From Candidatus Zhuqueibacterota bacterium (GTDB lineage Bacteria; Zhuqueibacterota; Zhuqueibacteria; Oceanimicrobiales; Oceanimicrobiaceae), in contig JAJDAD010000036.1 in NCBI GenBank assembly GCA_029262055.1, forward strand, positions 26,772 through 90,771: 64,000 nucleotides of DNA, given 5' to 3'. Made by a program: the position numbers and the translations under genes. The notes below the pieces were generated by a model, which had not been told where the DNA came from, ran no database searches, and saw only the letters and a list, made by a program, of their open reading frames with translations. Shown here piece by piece: positions 1 to 9,961 of this stretch (position 1 is its first letter; each line of letters opens with the position of its first letter).

Positions 1-109
1 ATCGAGGTCAGGAGGGACGGGTTTTCCCCTATCCCCCGAGATGTGATTGTAGAAGTTGAGAAGGGTCAGACCAAGTATGTCTCATTTACCCTTAATAAGA
101 ATCAGTAGA

Positions 110-847
110 TTAGTTCGGGTGTAGAGGAGGAGCCGGTAAGTCTGCTGCCGGTGTATCGCTACCGGAGATCACCGTCGTATAAAGGACCGCGCCTGCGGTT
201 GCCAGAATCCCACCGCGAATTGCCCACTTCAATCCCTTTTTAGAGTTTCTGTCGGCATAAGATTTGTTGAGCTTGACATGTAGTGTGTCTGTTTTGCCAG
301 CGTGCAGCTCGAGAGGAATAAACTGTTGTTCGTAACCGTCTTCGGTAAGCAGTAGCTGGTATTTCTTGGAGATCAACTCGCAGATGGTCAGCGGCGTTGT
401 TTCATCGAAGAGGATGCTGTCTCCTTTCACGCCGACCAGGTCTATTTCTTCAGGCTCCGACGTGACATAGAGACACCCGACCAGCTCTTCCTTGACTTCA
501 TCGAAAGGATCTATCAGGTCGGGGGGAATGACCATTTCGTCCAGCTCCCGATTGGGATCGATTGCAATCGCCTTTGCGAATACGGCTTTTACTTCTGTGC
601 TTGAAGCGTTCTGGCGCAACAGAACAAAGCCAGTATACAGGTAAGCTTCAAACAGATATTCAGGCTTGGCATCAGTGCTCAAAGTTACATCTTTGAGAGA
701 CTGCAAGGCATCCTCAAATTTGGCCTCCCAAAAGAACTTCTTCCCGTGGATTAGCTGTTGCAGCGCCTGGTCCTGCCCAAAAACCGCGGCCGCGCAAAGG
801 CTGGCTCCGACAAATGTCAGCAAGGATATCGCTTTTATTCGAGTCAT
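110..847 (-). CDS. hypothetical secreted protein (signal peptide)
   Basis: ORF 110..976 trimmed to the internal ATG at 847 (MTRIKAISLLTFVGASLCAAAVFGQ is a classic signal peptide). The longer ORF would overlap the upstream gene by ~100 nt. Sits 25 bp downstream of the giant T9SS gene on the same strand. Confidence 0.5.
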   Translation of the reverse strand: MTRIKAISLLTFVGASLCAAAVFGQDQALQQLIHGKKFFWEAKFEDALQSLKDVTLSTDAKPEYLFEAYLYTGFVLLRQNASSTEVKAVFAKAIAIDPNRELDEMVIPPDLIDPFDEVKEELVGCLYVTSEPEEIDLVGVKGDSILFDETTPLTICELISKKYQLLLTEDGYEQQFIPLELHAGKTDTLHVKLNKSYADRNSKKGLKWAIRGGILATAGAVLYTTVISGSDTPAADLPAPPLHPN

Positions 848-872
848 ATTTTTTCTGTCCCGGTTATATTTT

Positions 873-3800
873 TTATCGAACCAACAGGATTTTACGTGTC
901 TGCGTAAAGCGATTCGCCTCCAGGCGAACAAAGTAGACGCCGGTTCCAATTTCGACGCCACGGCCGTCCCGGCCATCCCACTGAACTTTGTAGACCCCGG
1001 CTTCTTGTCTCTCCTGGGTCAGCGTGCGTACTTGTTGTCCCAGGATGTTGAGAATGCGCATCGTGACGCTTCCGGCCTCAGCCAGGTGATAGGTGATGGT
1101 CGTGCCCGCGTTAAACGGGTTCGGGTAATTCGGCAGAAGGCTGGAGCTCTGCGGGACAATGGAGTTCAAAGCTTCCGAGGTTGCAAGGTAGTCCGCAGTA
1201 CCGACCAGCAAGTCGAATTCCCGTGCCTCACCATCCTTCTGAATAAACGAATATGTGGCGCTTTGCCGGATGTCGATTTGTCGCAGGGTGGCCTTATCAA
1301 CGAGGACGACTTCAAACCGCGCCGGCAACGAGGGGAGATCTGTAAAGTCAAGCTGCACAGTTTTGTTTTCTAAAGTGGTTGTCACTTCGAACGACCAGAC
1401 CTCGCCATCATCGAACGACGGACGAAAATCGGTCTTGTAGTATCCGGCAAGTCTATCCCAGTCGGTGTGCGGAAAGCGTACCGAAATGAAATCTCCCGGG
1501 AAAGGTGGCTCCAGAAAGTCGTGTTTATCGCGAACCTCGGTTGCATCGTCGGCCACACCCAGGCGGCCAATTCTGTCGCTGAGAAAGTCGCTGGTTGCAG
1601 TTATGCCTAACGCCCAGTCAATCGCATCAGCCCTTTCCGCATTGGTCTTGCTGAGCGAGCCAATAGATGCTGTCGGTGTTATGGCCAGACGGACGCCATC
1701 GGATTCGCTAAAGAAAGAGTAGCCCTCCCAGGGCCGGAGTTGTGGCACCTGGTCAGGTAGAAGCCAGCTTCCCTGGTAGTGATACGGGCCAACCACATCG
1801 TTGGCATCCCCTTGAATGACCTGCACGCTGGCTGCGTCGATGGGAAATGGGAAGGACATGCCGATGTCGTTCCAGCCCCGGTTCAAAGTAACTGTGAACG
1901 GCTCGTTCGTCCGTACCGTTGTGCCCGGACCAGTATCTATGACTTTGTCAGCGTCCCGGACGATTAGCCACAATGCCCTGAACGGGTCGAATGCCGAAAC
2001 ATTGGGGAATTCGATGTATTCATTACTGGCCGTATTGAACTGAAACAGGCGCCATTTGGCGGGATCGTACGGGCCGAGATCATCTTCCAGGACTGACGTT
2101 ACGGCTTTGTCGGAGAGATTGAGCGGCACGGAAATCATTCGAAAGGCCACAACCTCCTGACCACTTGGCTGGGCAGTTGCATTCACCACGCCCTCGCTGT
2201 CATTGCCGACAATGGTCACACTTAGATTGAATGGCGTTGTCTGCCATTCCTCCGGCAGGAAGGCCACGTTGCTGCCATCGCTCACTCTGAAAAAATAATT
2301 GACGCCGTTTGCGGTTAGCTCAGCCTCGGAGAGAGAGGCCGTAAATGTGCTGCCATCCGAGCTGGTCATGATTCTTTCCGTGTAGTCCAGAGTGCCGCCA
2401 CCCCTGAAGAACAGTTTTGCTTCAACAATCTGATTGTTGTCTTGCGCTTGAATCTGCAGTTGTACACCGGCTCCCTGCGCCACTGTATTTGGCGTTGAAT
2501 GCTGGATCTGCGGCCCGCTGACATCGGTAAAGCCGGTGTCTACGATGGTTGTCGCTTCCGGCGTGTTCAGAAAGCTTTCTATGTTCCCGACATTGTCGTA
2601 CGCCACTACTTCGAAATCGTAGGTCAAGCCATGGTCCCCCTGAAATGTGGTGGAGGTGCCAGTGAAGCTGGTCAGCAAATCCTCCCAGTCGTCGCCGTCT
2701 TCTCGAAAACGCACATCATAGATACCGGACAGTCCGGAGCCTGCGCCGTCAGTCCCGCTTCCGTTCCAGCTTATGACAAATGCTTCGTCGCGGCTGGTAT
2801 CTGGTGCGGAGACAGTGGTACCGGTTGGCGCTGTTGCATCGAGGCGGAAACGGGTGGAGTCTGTGTCGCTGCTACCGGCACTATCGCTAACAGCAAATTT
2901 TACATGGTACAATCCGTCGGCGCGACCGGCAATGCTAAGGTTGAACGACACCGGCACATCCTGACCGCTCGGAACGCCTTGCACTTCGATAACCGTGTCG
3001 AGGTCAGTGGAAGTAAGCGTAGCCGTGCTGGCATGTGTTTCGGTGTATTCGAGAACTGTCTGAGCAAGGGCTGTATTGGCCTGGTTGTACCAATCGAGAC
3101 CGAAGTCAGCGTTGACAAAATCCATCTCGAAGATTTCGGGCTGGGTGTTGTCATAGCGCAGATTTATGCTGCCGGCATTGTTAAAGTCGAGATTTCCTCT
3201 TTGATCCTGAAACCACAGGTAGAGACTCTGGCCGTCTTCTTGTGTCACAGCCAGGTTAAGCGAATTCCCTTGTCGAATTGCTCCGGTGGTATCGAAGTTT
3301 GCCGTTGGCGCAGAACCTAATTTGTACAGGGCCGCTGCGATTCCGCTTGGGTCGGAGGGCGCCTGCCATGATACCAGAAAATTAGGAATGGCTTGCCAGG
3401 CGCTGGGATTTGAGCCATTGGCGAGCAGTAGCGTCGGCGGCCCGGGCGCTGTAACATCGCCGGCCGTGCTGTCAACCAGCGTCGTGCTTTCCGCGGTCTG
3501 GGTAAAGGCTTCCACATTGCCCGCGACATCGTGCGCGACGACTTCAAACCCGTAGTTATTGCCGTGCACACCGGTGAAGTCTGCGGAAGTACCCGGGAAG
3601 TTGACCAGCCAGTCCTGGAACAGGCCGCCGTTTGTTTGTACTTTTACGTCATAGATTCCGGACAGACCAGACGAACCTGCACCATCATCGCCGCTGCCGG
3701 TCCAGGTCACGGCAAAGACCGGGTTGATGCTGACGCTCGGCGAGGAGGCCTGGGTGCCGGTGGGTGCGGTAGCATCATAGCGCAAGGTTACCGCAGCCCG

Positions 3801-6524
3801 GTTTTGGAAATCGACATTTCCCGTGTTGTCCACCAGCCAAAGATGTAGGTCTTGTCCGTTTTCCGCTGTTGCCTGAGCGATGAAAGCCGTAGCTCCGGCT
3901 ACCGAGCCGCTGGTGTCGAAGTTTGCAGTCGGCGGCGCGCCAAGCTTGAACAGAGCGCGTTCTATCCCACTTGCGTCCTGTGGGTTATCCCAGGTAATCG
4001 TGTAAAGAGGATTGTTTTGCCATGGACTCGGGTTGGAGGTGTTTGCCTCTAGGCTTACGGGTGGTCCGGGGGCGGTATTGTCGGTGACGGTGTCGACCAG
4101 GGTTGTGGTTTCCGCTATGTCCAGGAATGCTTCCACATTGTCGACGTTGTCATGGGCGGCGGCCTCGAATCCGTACGAAGCACCCTGTTCACCGGTAAAG
4201 GAGGACGAGGTGCCTGGAAGATTAGTGCGCCAGGGAACCCATGGGCCACCGCCGATCTGAAACTGGACATCATAGGAGCCCGATAGCCCCGATCCTGAGC
4301 CGTCACTGGCGGTTCCGGCCCAGTCGACGGTGAACGTCAACTGCTGGCTGGTCGCCGGTGAGCTGGCAACCGCGCCGGTGGGCGCTGTGCCGTCCAGTGC
4401 GATACTGGAGTTGGCCGCTACCGAATTGCCTGCACTGTCAAAAACCGTGACGCTGAGCGGGTAGCTGCCATCCGCTGCGCCGGTTATGCCGAGTTGGACT
4501 TGAGTGGTTTGATCCAGCCCGCTGGCAATGCCGGTGATCTGCTGAGTGCCACCCAGGGCGCCAAGATCGAACAGCGCGCTTTGTGCTCTGCTCTCATCAT
4601 ATTGCGCAATCAGATCGACTGTTGCGACGGTGTTTTGGTTGTACCAGTTGGGAAGGAACCCTGGGGTTGGGTTCGTTAAGCTAACCGAATCGATATTTGG
4701 ATCAGTGCCATCAACTGTGAGTTTCCGCGAGCCGGATGCCGGTCCGAAAACCGTCCCGTCGTGCGCTGTGACCCGCCAGTAGTAGCTGCCATCTGCGAGA
4801 GAGGCGCTAGCTGCATAAGACACATCGCTGACGGTTTGAGCCACCGGAGGTGTTGGCGAAAAGCCGGTGACATCAGAGCGGGAGTCGGCACTCAACACGG
4901 TGCTGGCAAAATCAGCTACCTGGCTGATTTCTACCAGGAAGTGCAGTGAGTCGCCGTCGTTATCGACCGGCACATTCCAGTTGAGGACGAGTGGCGTCAC
5001 TGACTGATTCAGGAAAGTCAAATCAGCAGGCGTGTTCAGGGTAGGCGCTGCCGGAGCATCGTTCAAGACCGGGAAGCTGCCATTAAAAAAGACATGAAGC
5101 TGGTCGGAGTCCCAGGCGGCGGACGCAATGTCCAGGATACCGTCACGGTTTAGATCGCCAAGCGCGAGCGAGCGCGGTTGCAGGCCGGTCGCGTAGGTAG
5201 AGTCACTGGTGAACCCTCCGGAACCATCGTTGAGAAGAACCTGGACGTTATTGTCATCCTTGTTGGAAACAACTACGTCAGGATCTGTGTCTCCATCCAG
5301 GTCGCCGACCGCCATGCCGAACGGGTCTGCGCCGGCTGCAAAGTCGGTTTTGCCTGAAAAAGAACCAGTTTGATTATTGAGGAGGATGGAGATGCTACTA
5401 CCGCCGCGGTTAACTGTCGCAACATCCAGGAAACCGTCCTGATCGTAATCGTGCCCAAGAACGACTCTTGGTCCATTGCCACTGTTGGAGTTGTCCGGCG
5501 TTCCGAAATCACCTGTTCCGTCATTTAGAAGCAGGGAAACGGTGGCACTACTTGAGTTTGCCACGACAATATCGGGAAATCCGTCATTGTTGAAGTCCGC
5601 AACAAACGCCGATTGTGGCGTAGTCTGCACTTGGTAGTCCACTCGATTAGGAAATGTCCCGTTACCTGCGTTTAAGAAAACAGATATATCATTGTCCGCA
5701 CCGTTGACGACAACAAGGTCCATGAAGCCATCACCATCAAGATCTCCGACGGTCAAATGAACCGGACTATTGCCGACGGCAATCACAGAGCCGCGTACGG
5801 TGTACCCGCCACTGCCATCGTTATCCGCTATTGATACGGTATTCGCGTTTTCGTTCGCGACAGCAAGATCAAGATCGTTGTCCTGGTCAAAATCACCGAT
5901 GGTCAACGAGCGTGGTGAGTTTCCGACCGTATAGTTCGTGTCGCGACTGAAGTCGCCGGTACCGGTGTTGAGCCACGTCCTGAAATTTGCGTCTTTGCTG
6001 TGTGGGATGGCGATATCCTGGCCACCGCCGCCGGTCAATTCGGCAATACCGACAAAGTGTGGACCATTGTCTGCGGCATAGGTTGAATCCAGTTCAAACT
6101 TGGCCGTCCCCGAAACAGTCTTGACGAAAAATGACCACTGAAAAGCAGACGCCAGTGGTACGCCTGAGTTGTTGAGAATGCTCTGGGTGAGAATCGCTAT
6201 GACCATCTCTCCCGCTTCGAACGCTACTGCCGGTGTAAAGGATGCTGTTCGCGAGCCTGCATCGTAACTGTAGTTGCCGGCATGAAAGCCCGTCCGTTCG
6301 CCATAGATCAGGAAGTTGGGCGAATCCAGTGTGGCCGCGTTCATGTCCTGGTCAAATTGTATTGTGACGGCCGTGGTTGTGTCATTCGACAGAGAATGTC
6401 GGCCAGGCGTAAAACCCGAGATTTGCGGCGCTTGCGCCTGCGCTTGATTCACTAGCAGCCCGAGCCCTAGCAGTGCAATTTTCGAAGCCGAAAAAGAAGG
6501 CTTTGACATTTGTGCCTCTTTCAT
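873..6524 (-). CDS. giant T9SS-secreted cell-surface protein (FG-GAP/VCBS beta-propeller repeats, repeated FN3/Ig-like modules, C-terminal T9SS sorting domain)
   Basis: 1883 aa. N-terminal signal peptide (LLGLGLLVNQAQAQA). Multiple FG-GAP-like motifs (GDFDQDNDLDLAV, GDLDGDGFMDLVVVN, DFNNDGFPDIVVAN). Four ~130 aa repeats (TAPTG..SSP...GSGLSGIYDV...). C-terminal NYPNPFNAGTTITYHL...GVYFVRLEANRFTQTRKILLVR matches the Por_Secre_tail (TIGR04183) pattern. Confidence 0.85.
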   Translation of the reverse strand: MKEAQMSKPSFSASKIALLGLGLLVNQAQAQAPQISGFTPGRHSLSNDTTTAVTIQFDQDMNAATLDSPNFLIYGERTGFHAGNYSYDAGSRTASFTPAVAFEAGEMVIAILTQSILNNSGVPLASAFQWSFFVKTVSGTAKFELDSTYAADNGPHFVGIAELTGGGGQDIAIPHSKDANFRTWLNTGTGDFSRDTNYTVGNSPRSLTIGDFDQDNDLDLAVANENANTVSIADNDGSGGYTVRGSVIAVGNSPVHLTVGDLDGDGFMDLVVVNGADNDISVFLNAGNGTFPNRVDYQVQTTPQSAFVADFNNDGFPDIVVANSSSATVSLLLNDGTGDFGTPDNSNSGNGPRVVLGHDYDQDGFLDVATVNRGGSSISILLNNQTGSFSGKTDFAAGADPFGMAVGDLDGDTDPDVVVSNKDDNNVQVLLNDGSGGFTSDSTYATGLQPRSLALGDLNRDGILDIASAAWDSDQLHVFFNGSFPVLNDAPAAPTLNTPADLTFLNQSVTPLVLNWNVPVDNDGDSLHFLVEISQVADFASTVLSADSRSDVTGFSPTPPVAQTVSDVSYAASASLADGSYYWRVTAHDGTVFGPASGSRKLTVDGTDPNIDSVSLTNPTPGFLPNWYNQNTVATVDLIAQYDESRAQSALFDLGALGGTQQITGIASGLDQTTQVQLGITGAADGSYPLSVTVFDSAGNSVAANSSIALDGTAPTGAVASSPATSQQLTFTVDWAGTASDGSGSGLSGSYDVQFQIGGGPWVPWRTNLPGTSSSFTGEQGASYGFEAAAHDNVDNVEAFLDIAETTTLVDTVTDNTAPGPPVSLEANTSNPSPWQNNPLYTITWDNPQDASGIERALFKLGAPPTANFDTSGSVAGATAFIAQATAENGQDLHLWLVDNTGNVDFQNRAAVTLRYDATAPTGTQASSPSVSINPVFAVTWTGSGDDGAGSSGLSGIYDVKVQTNGGLFQDWLVNFPGTSADFTGVHGNNYGFEVVAHDVAGNVEAFTQTAESTTLVDSTAGDVTAPGPPTLLLANGSNPSAWQAIPNFLVSWQAPSDPSGIAAALYKLGSAPTANFDTTGAIRQGNSLNLAVTQEDGQSLYLWFQDQRGNLDFNNAGSINLRYDNTQPEIFEMDFVNADFGLDWYNQANTALAQTVLEYTETHASTATLTSTDLDTVIEVQGVPSGQDVPVSFNLSIAGRADGLYHVKFAVSDSAGSSDTDSTRFRLDATAPTGTTVSAPDTSRDEAFVISWNGSGTDGAGSGLSGIYDVRFREDGDDWEDLLTSFTGTSTTFQGDHGLTYDFEVVAYDNVGNIESFLNTPEATTIVDTGFTDVSGPQIQHSTPNTVAQGAGVQLQIQAQDNNQIVEAKLFFRGGGTLDYTERIMTSSDGSTFTASLSEAELTANGVNYFFRVSDGSNVAFLPEEWQTTPFNLSVTIVGNDSEGVVNATAQPSGQEVVAFRMISVPLNLSDKAVTSVLEDDLGPYDPAKWRLFQFNTASNEYIEFPNVSAFDPFRALWLIVRDADKVIDTGPGTTVRTNEPFTVTLNRGWNDIGMSFPFPIDAASVQVIQGDANDVVGPYHYQGSWLLPDQVPQLRPWEGYSFFSESDGVRLAITPTASIGSLSKTNAERADAIDWALGITATSDFLSDRIGRLGVADDATEVRDKHDFLEPPFPGDFISVRFPHTDWDRLAGYYKTDFRPSFDDGEVWSFEVTTTLENKTVQLDFTDLPSLPARFEVVLVDKATLRQIDIRQSATYSFIQKDGEAREFDLLVGTADYLATSEALNSIVPQSSSLLPNYPNPFNAGTTITYHLAEAGSVTMRILNILGQQVRTLTQERQEAGVYKVQWDGRDGRGVEIGTGVYFVRLEANRFTQTRKILLVR

Positions 6525-6917
6525 AATTATGAATGTCTACAAAACGTTAGTTGTATGAACAGCGAAGGACAAGTGGATAAATACCAGCGTAGGAGATGCT
6601 CAAAGGGGTCTGGTGTTATGATCGAAGCTGTTTTCCCTGGCCTGCGAGAATCATCGCTGCAAACCCAAAACGAGTTACATTAATGTTAAATGTCCTAAGT
6701 CCAAAGCACCTTATTTTACCTGCAAATACATGTTGCTGCGTAATCCTTGCACCTGTCCAGAGTGGGTTTCTAATATTAGCGGTTTGTTGAGGTGAAAAGT
6801 TAAACTTCCGGCGGTGACAATTTGTAAACATGCACGGGCTAGTGCGTCAAACGTGGAAGCTGAGAAAGGGGTGGATGCGAGTGATCTGTCGGGTGCCCAC
6901 GGTTAGAGGTTGGACCT

Positions 6918-8492
6918 TCAGAAAGCTACATAGGCGTCGCCAACCTGCCGGCACTTCTTTTCCTCGATAAGTTTCTGCAAGCCCGCGCGCAAAGACAGTT
7001 CCGCCAGGGGCCACACCGAGCGGTCCACGTCATCGTACACCTTGGCGAGCAGTTCGGCGGAAGATTGCGCCTGGCTACCCAGTGCAGCCAGCAGTTTTTG
7101 TTCACGTGCTTGTCGGTGTTCGATAAAATGCGTCAACACGTCCCGACCGGTCTGCATTGCCGGTCCGTGGCTTGGGTAGATCGTGCCGGTGGTTATGTCG
7201 CGCAACCGGTGCAGCGAGTTCATGTACGTGCCGAGATGGCCATCAGGAGGGTTAATGACGATTGTGGACAAGGTCGATACCATGTCGCCGGCAATGACTG
7301 CTCCGTACCGGCTTTCCTGAAAGGCCAGATGGCCGGAGGCGTGGCCTGGTGTGTGCAAAGCTGTCAGTTTCCACCCAGGTTGACCGTCCGGAGAGGCACC
7401 CAGATCCAACTCGTCTTTGTCATGCAGGAATCGATCGCAGACCAGAGGTGCGATGCGGTCCGCTGTCAGTGGGTGGGCATAAACCGGCAACTGGTAGCGT
7501 GTCTGCGCCTGCGCCACGGCACCCGTGTGGTCACTGTGATGATGGGTCAACAGAATAGCCGCTAACGTTTGTCCTTCTGCTATTCGTTTATCAAGATAGT
7601 CCCACAGGCGTTGTTGCTCGGCCGAATCGGCCGGTGCGGGGTCGATGAGATAAAGATGTTGATCCCCCACCAGATAACTGTTCGTGTGCGTTGCCGGTAA
7701 CAGGGTGCGGGTCTTCAAAGGCAGCATTTGGACGCCCGGCGTGAAATAGATCTCATGGATTGCGCCGGCGGCATAGGACTGCGCGTGCTGGTCGAGCGCT
7801 GCCATACTGCCTGCCAGAGATGTTTGAGCGACTTCCGCCAGGATGAAAACAGCCGGCGGAACCAGAAGGATGTCATCCGCCCGCCACATCCGGAGCGTAT
7901 CTTGTGCATCACAGAATCGGCCGTCTACCAGTTCCCCCAGCAGGATTTCCGGGTTTTGCCCCTCGGGGATTTGTGCCCAATAAAACCGGGTGTCGTAGCG
8001 CACGGGTGCAAATTCAGGCGTCAGGAGAGTAGCTATGAAATTGAAATTCCGGGAGTCGACGCTGAGCCTTTCGTTGCTCAGGAACTCGTTGAATGTGATT
8101 TTTTCCGCAAGTAGTTGTCGCCGGTACTCGCGCCGCTGCCCGACAGAAAGTGCCTGGGCTCCGCCGCAAAGCAAGATTCCTGTTTCTTCGAAGATCTCAC
8201 GGGCCGCCGCCACCAGGTAAGGTGCGTCCTCCTTCGAATCGCCTGTATGCAGGGCGACTGCAACTTCGCTGTCCTCAGCATCCAGGGTGCCGCCGGGAAA
8301 AGCAAAGTATCCGCCGAAAAACCGCAGCTTCGGGTTGCGTTCTACCAGATAGATTTCCCTGCTTTCCGGTATTCTTGTCAGAATGACGCAGACCGCTTTG
8401 CGAGATGACATGATTGTATTCGATATCCGGGGAAAACTGCTTCTATCTTTATAGGTTGGCTGACTAATGTCTGGCCTGTGTCCGCGCAACAT
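6918..8492 (-). CDS. NUDIX hydrolase - MBL-fold metallo-hydrolase fusion protein
   Basis: N-terminus has a Nudix-like box (GGTLDAEDSE...AAAREIFEETGILL, with a loop insertion). C-terminal half has the metallo-beta-lactamase HxHxDH motif (LLTHHHSDHTGAV). An alternative ATG at 8411 (MSSRKAVCVIL) may be the real start. Confidence 0.7.
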   Translation of the reverse strand: MLRGHRPDISQPTYKDRSSFPRISNTIMSSRKAVCVILTRIPESREIYLVERNPKLRFFGGYFAFPGGTLDAEDSEVAVALHTGDSKEDAPYLVAAAREIFEETGILLCGGAQALSVGQRREYRRQLLAEKITFNEFLSNERLSVDSRNFNFIATLLTPEFAPVRYDTRFYWAQIPEGQNPEILLGELVDGRFCDAQDTLRMWRADDILLVPPAVFILAEVAQTSLAGSMAALDQHAQSYAAGAIHEIYFTPGVQMLPLKTRTLLPATHTNSYLVGDQHLYLIDPAPADSAEQQRLWDYLDKRIAEGQTLAAILLTHHHSDHTGAVAQAQTRYQLPVYAHPLTADRIAPLVCDRFLHDKDELDLGASPDGQPGWKLTALHTPGHASGHLAFQESRYGAVIAGDMVSTLSTIVINPPDGHLGTYMNSLHRLRDITTGTIYPSHGPAMQTGRDVLTHFIEHRQAREQKLLAALGSQAQSSAELLAKVYDDVDRSVWPLAELSLRAGLQKLIEEKKCRQVGDAYVAF

Positions 8493-8631
8493 AGGAATTT
8501 ATCCAACCCCGATCAAATGTTTGTATGGCATTTATCGAGCGCCCGACTATTTCATGCCAGACCCTTGACTCGTTGCCGGCAACTTCTTACCTTTGCCTTG
8601 TTCAGTCCTTTGGTGAAACAGGAGAAGAGTC

Positions 8632-9585
8632 ATGTCCAGACGTTTTATCGTAACCGTTTGTTGCCTCGCGGCGCTGTCCATCGCCACCATGCTACCAGCC
8701 ATGTCGGATTGGTCCGGGACGATCAAAGCGCGGCAATGCCGTGTCTCCGAATCGGCCATGGCTGAAGTCCAGAAGAAATATCCCAATCCGTTTGAGGCGC
8801 CGGCCAACGCCTTCATTACGGGCGCCGCGGCACTGGGCGAACCGGTAGAATTTGACAGCATCACTATTTACGTCAACAGCGCGGGAGACATGGCCTCGGT
8901 GAGTATCGGCCCCGACGGCAAGGTGAAGTTTGTGTACAAGAACGCGACAGAGACCATCCACGTGATCCAATACAACGAAAAACGTGTCATGTTTGCAGAA
9001 AAGAAAGACGTGCAGGAGACCACCAAACAGGCTGCTGACGTTATGAGTGACATGAATAAGCGCATGGCCGAAGCGATGAAGGGTGCTAACCTGACCAAAG
9101 AACAGGAAGAGGCGGCCCGGCGCTATCTGCCCGGGTTCGGCAAGAGCGAAGAGGACGACGCAACCGTCGAGGCCACAAGTAAAACCAGATCACACCTTGA
9201 TAGAACCATGAAACTCTTCGTTGTCAGGAAGGGCCCCAAAACCAAGGCAATTTGGGCTGCTTCGGATGACAAGGATCTGGAGCATACGTTCAGAACCATG
9301 AGCAAGAGAATGCGGGACATGGTCAGTATGGGCAAGCAAGAGAAAGACGAGGCAGAGTTGCTCCCTGCCGGGTATTATCCCCTCGAATCGGTGGAAATCG
9401 AGTCCGGCAGCTTTGGCGGACGGGAGATCGATGTGAGGGAAACCTTGAGCATCCAGCGCGGCAATCCCGGGAAAGAACCGTTCTATGTTCCGGGAAAAGC
9501 TGACGGTTTTACGGTTTCCAGTTTCAAAGAGGCGATGAGCGGGATGCAGCCTCCCGGTGGCGGCATGAAGATGAAAAGACGATAA
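8632..9585 (+). CDS. hypothetical secreted protein, Lys/Glu-rich
   Basis: Signal peptide (FIVTVCCLAALSIATMLPAMS). No recognisable catalytic motifs. Followed by a ~1 kb non-coding stretch. Confidence 0.55.
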   Translation: MSRRFIVTVCCLAALSIATMLPAMSDWSGTIKARQCRVSESAMAEVQKKYPNPFEAPANAFITGAAALGEPVEFDSITIYVNSAGDMASVSIGPDGKVKFVYKNATETIHVIQYNEKRVMFAEKKDVQETTKQAADVMSDMNKRMAEAMKGANLTKEQEEAARRYLPGFGKSEEDDATVEATSKTRSHLDRTMKLFVVRKGPKTKAIWAASDDKDLEHTFRTMSKRMRDMVSMGKQEKDEAELLPAGYYPLESVEIESGSFGGREIDVRETLSIQRGNPGKEPFYVPGKADGFTVSSFKEAMSGMQPPGGGMKMKRR

Positions 9586-9823
9586 AATGATTTGACTTTG
9601 TCAACAGCGCGATCTATTTTTGAGGCAGAGTTGTCCTAGTACGTTGGGAATTCATCCAGGGGGATTCCGGACGGTAGGTTTGACGCCCTGAAGAAGGAGG
9701 TGATCCTATTTCTAGTAGAGCAGAGATAGGGACCTCCGGAAACGTACGCTAAACCAGTTAGATCAAACAATCAACCTTGTCTAACTAGGTAAGCAACCTT
9801 TTCGGAGTCTCTGAAAAGTAGTA

Positions 9824-9857
9824 AGGCCTTGCTTCATTGAAGCAGGGCCTTTTTTGT
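9824..9857 (+). terminator. rho-independent terminator-like hairpin plus U-tract
   Basis: aggccttgcttc-attg-aagcagggcc followed by TTTTTTG. About 240 nt downstream of the 8632..9585 stop. Confidence 0.5.
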
Positions 9858-9961
9858 TAAGCAAAGACACGCACGCCGATGTCGGGTGAACCGTTTGAGT
9901 CATGCTCTCTTCTGGAGGTCCCCGGCCATTAACACAGGAGTTGAACAGGAAGTGTCACCTA

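Noticed and set aside
110-976. Full-length 288 aa ORF as listed in the track
   Set aside because: The first 43 codons overlap the 3' end of the upstream giant gene (stop at 873). The internal ATG at 847 begins a textbook signal peptide, so the gene was trimmed to 110..847.
666-1373. 235 aa + strand ORF
   Set aside because: Antisense to two well-supported minus-strand genes. Low-complexity, with no motifs.
2499-3320. 273 aa + strand ORF (and other + strand ORFs between 1255 and 5000)
   Set aside because: These lie entirely inside and antisense to the 1883 aa T9SS gene, whose repeats and GC skew create long stop-free antisense frames.
7065-7565. 166 aa + strand ORF
   Set aside because: Antisense to the NUDIX-MBL gene. 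No motifs.
9640-9700. Possible tmRNA 5' end (GGGGGAUUCCGGACGG resembles the GGGG..GAUUCGACGGG motif)
   Set aside because: No tRNA-like T-arm/CCA 3' end and no tag-peptide reading frame were found. The locus is far too short for tmRNA before the terminator. Kept only as a generic sRNA candidate.
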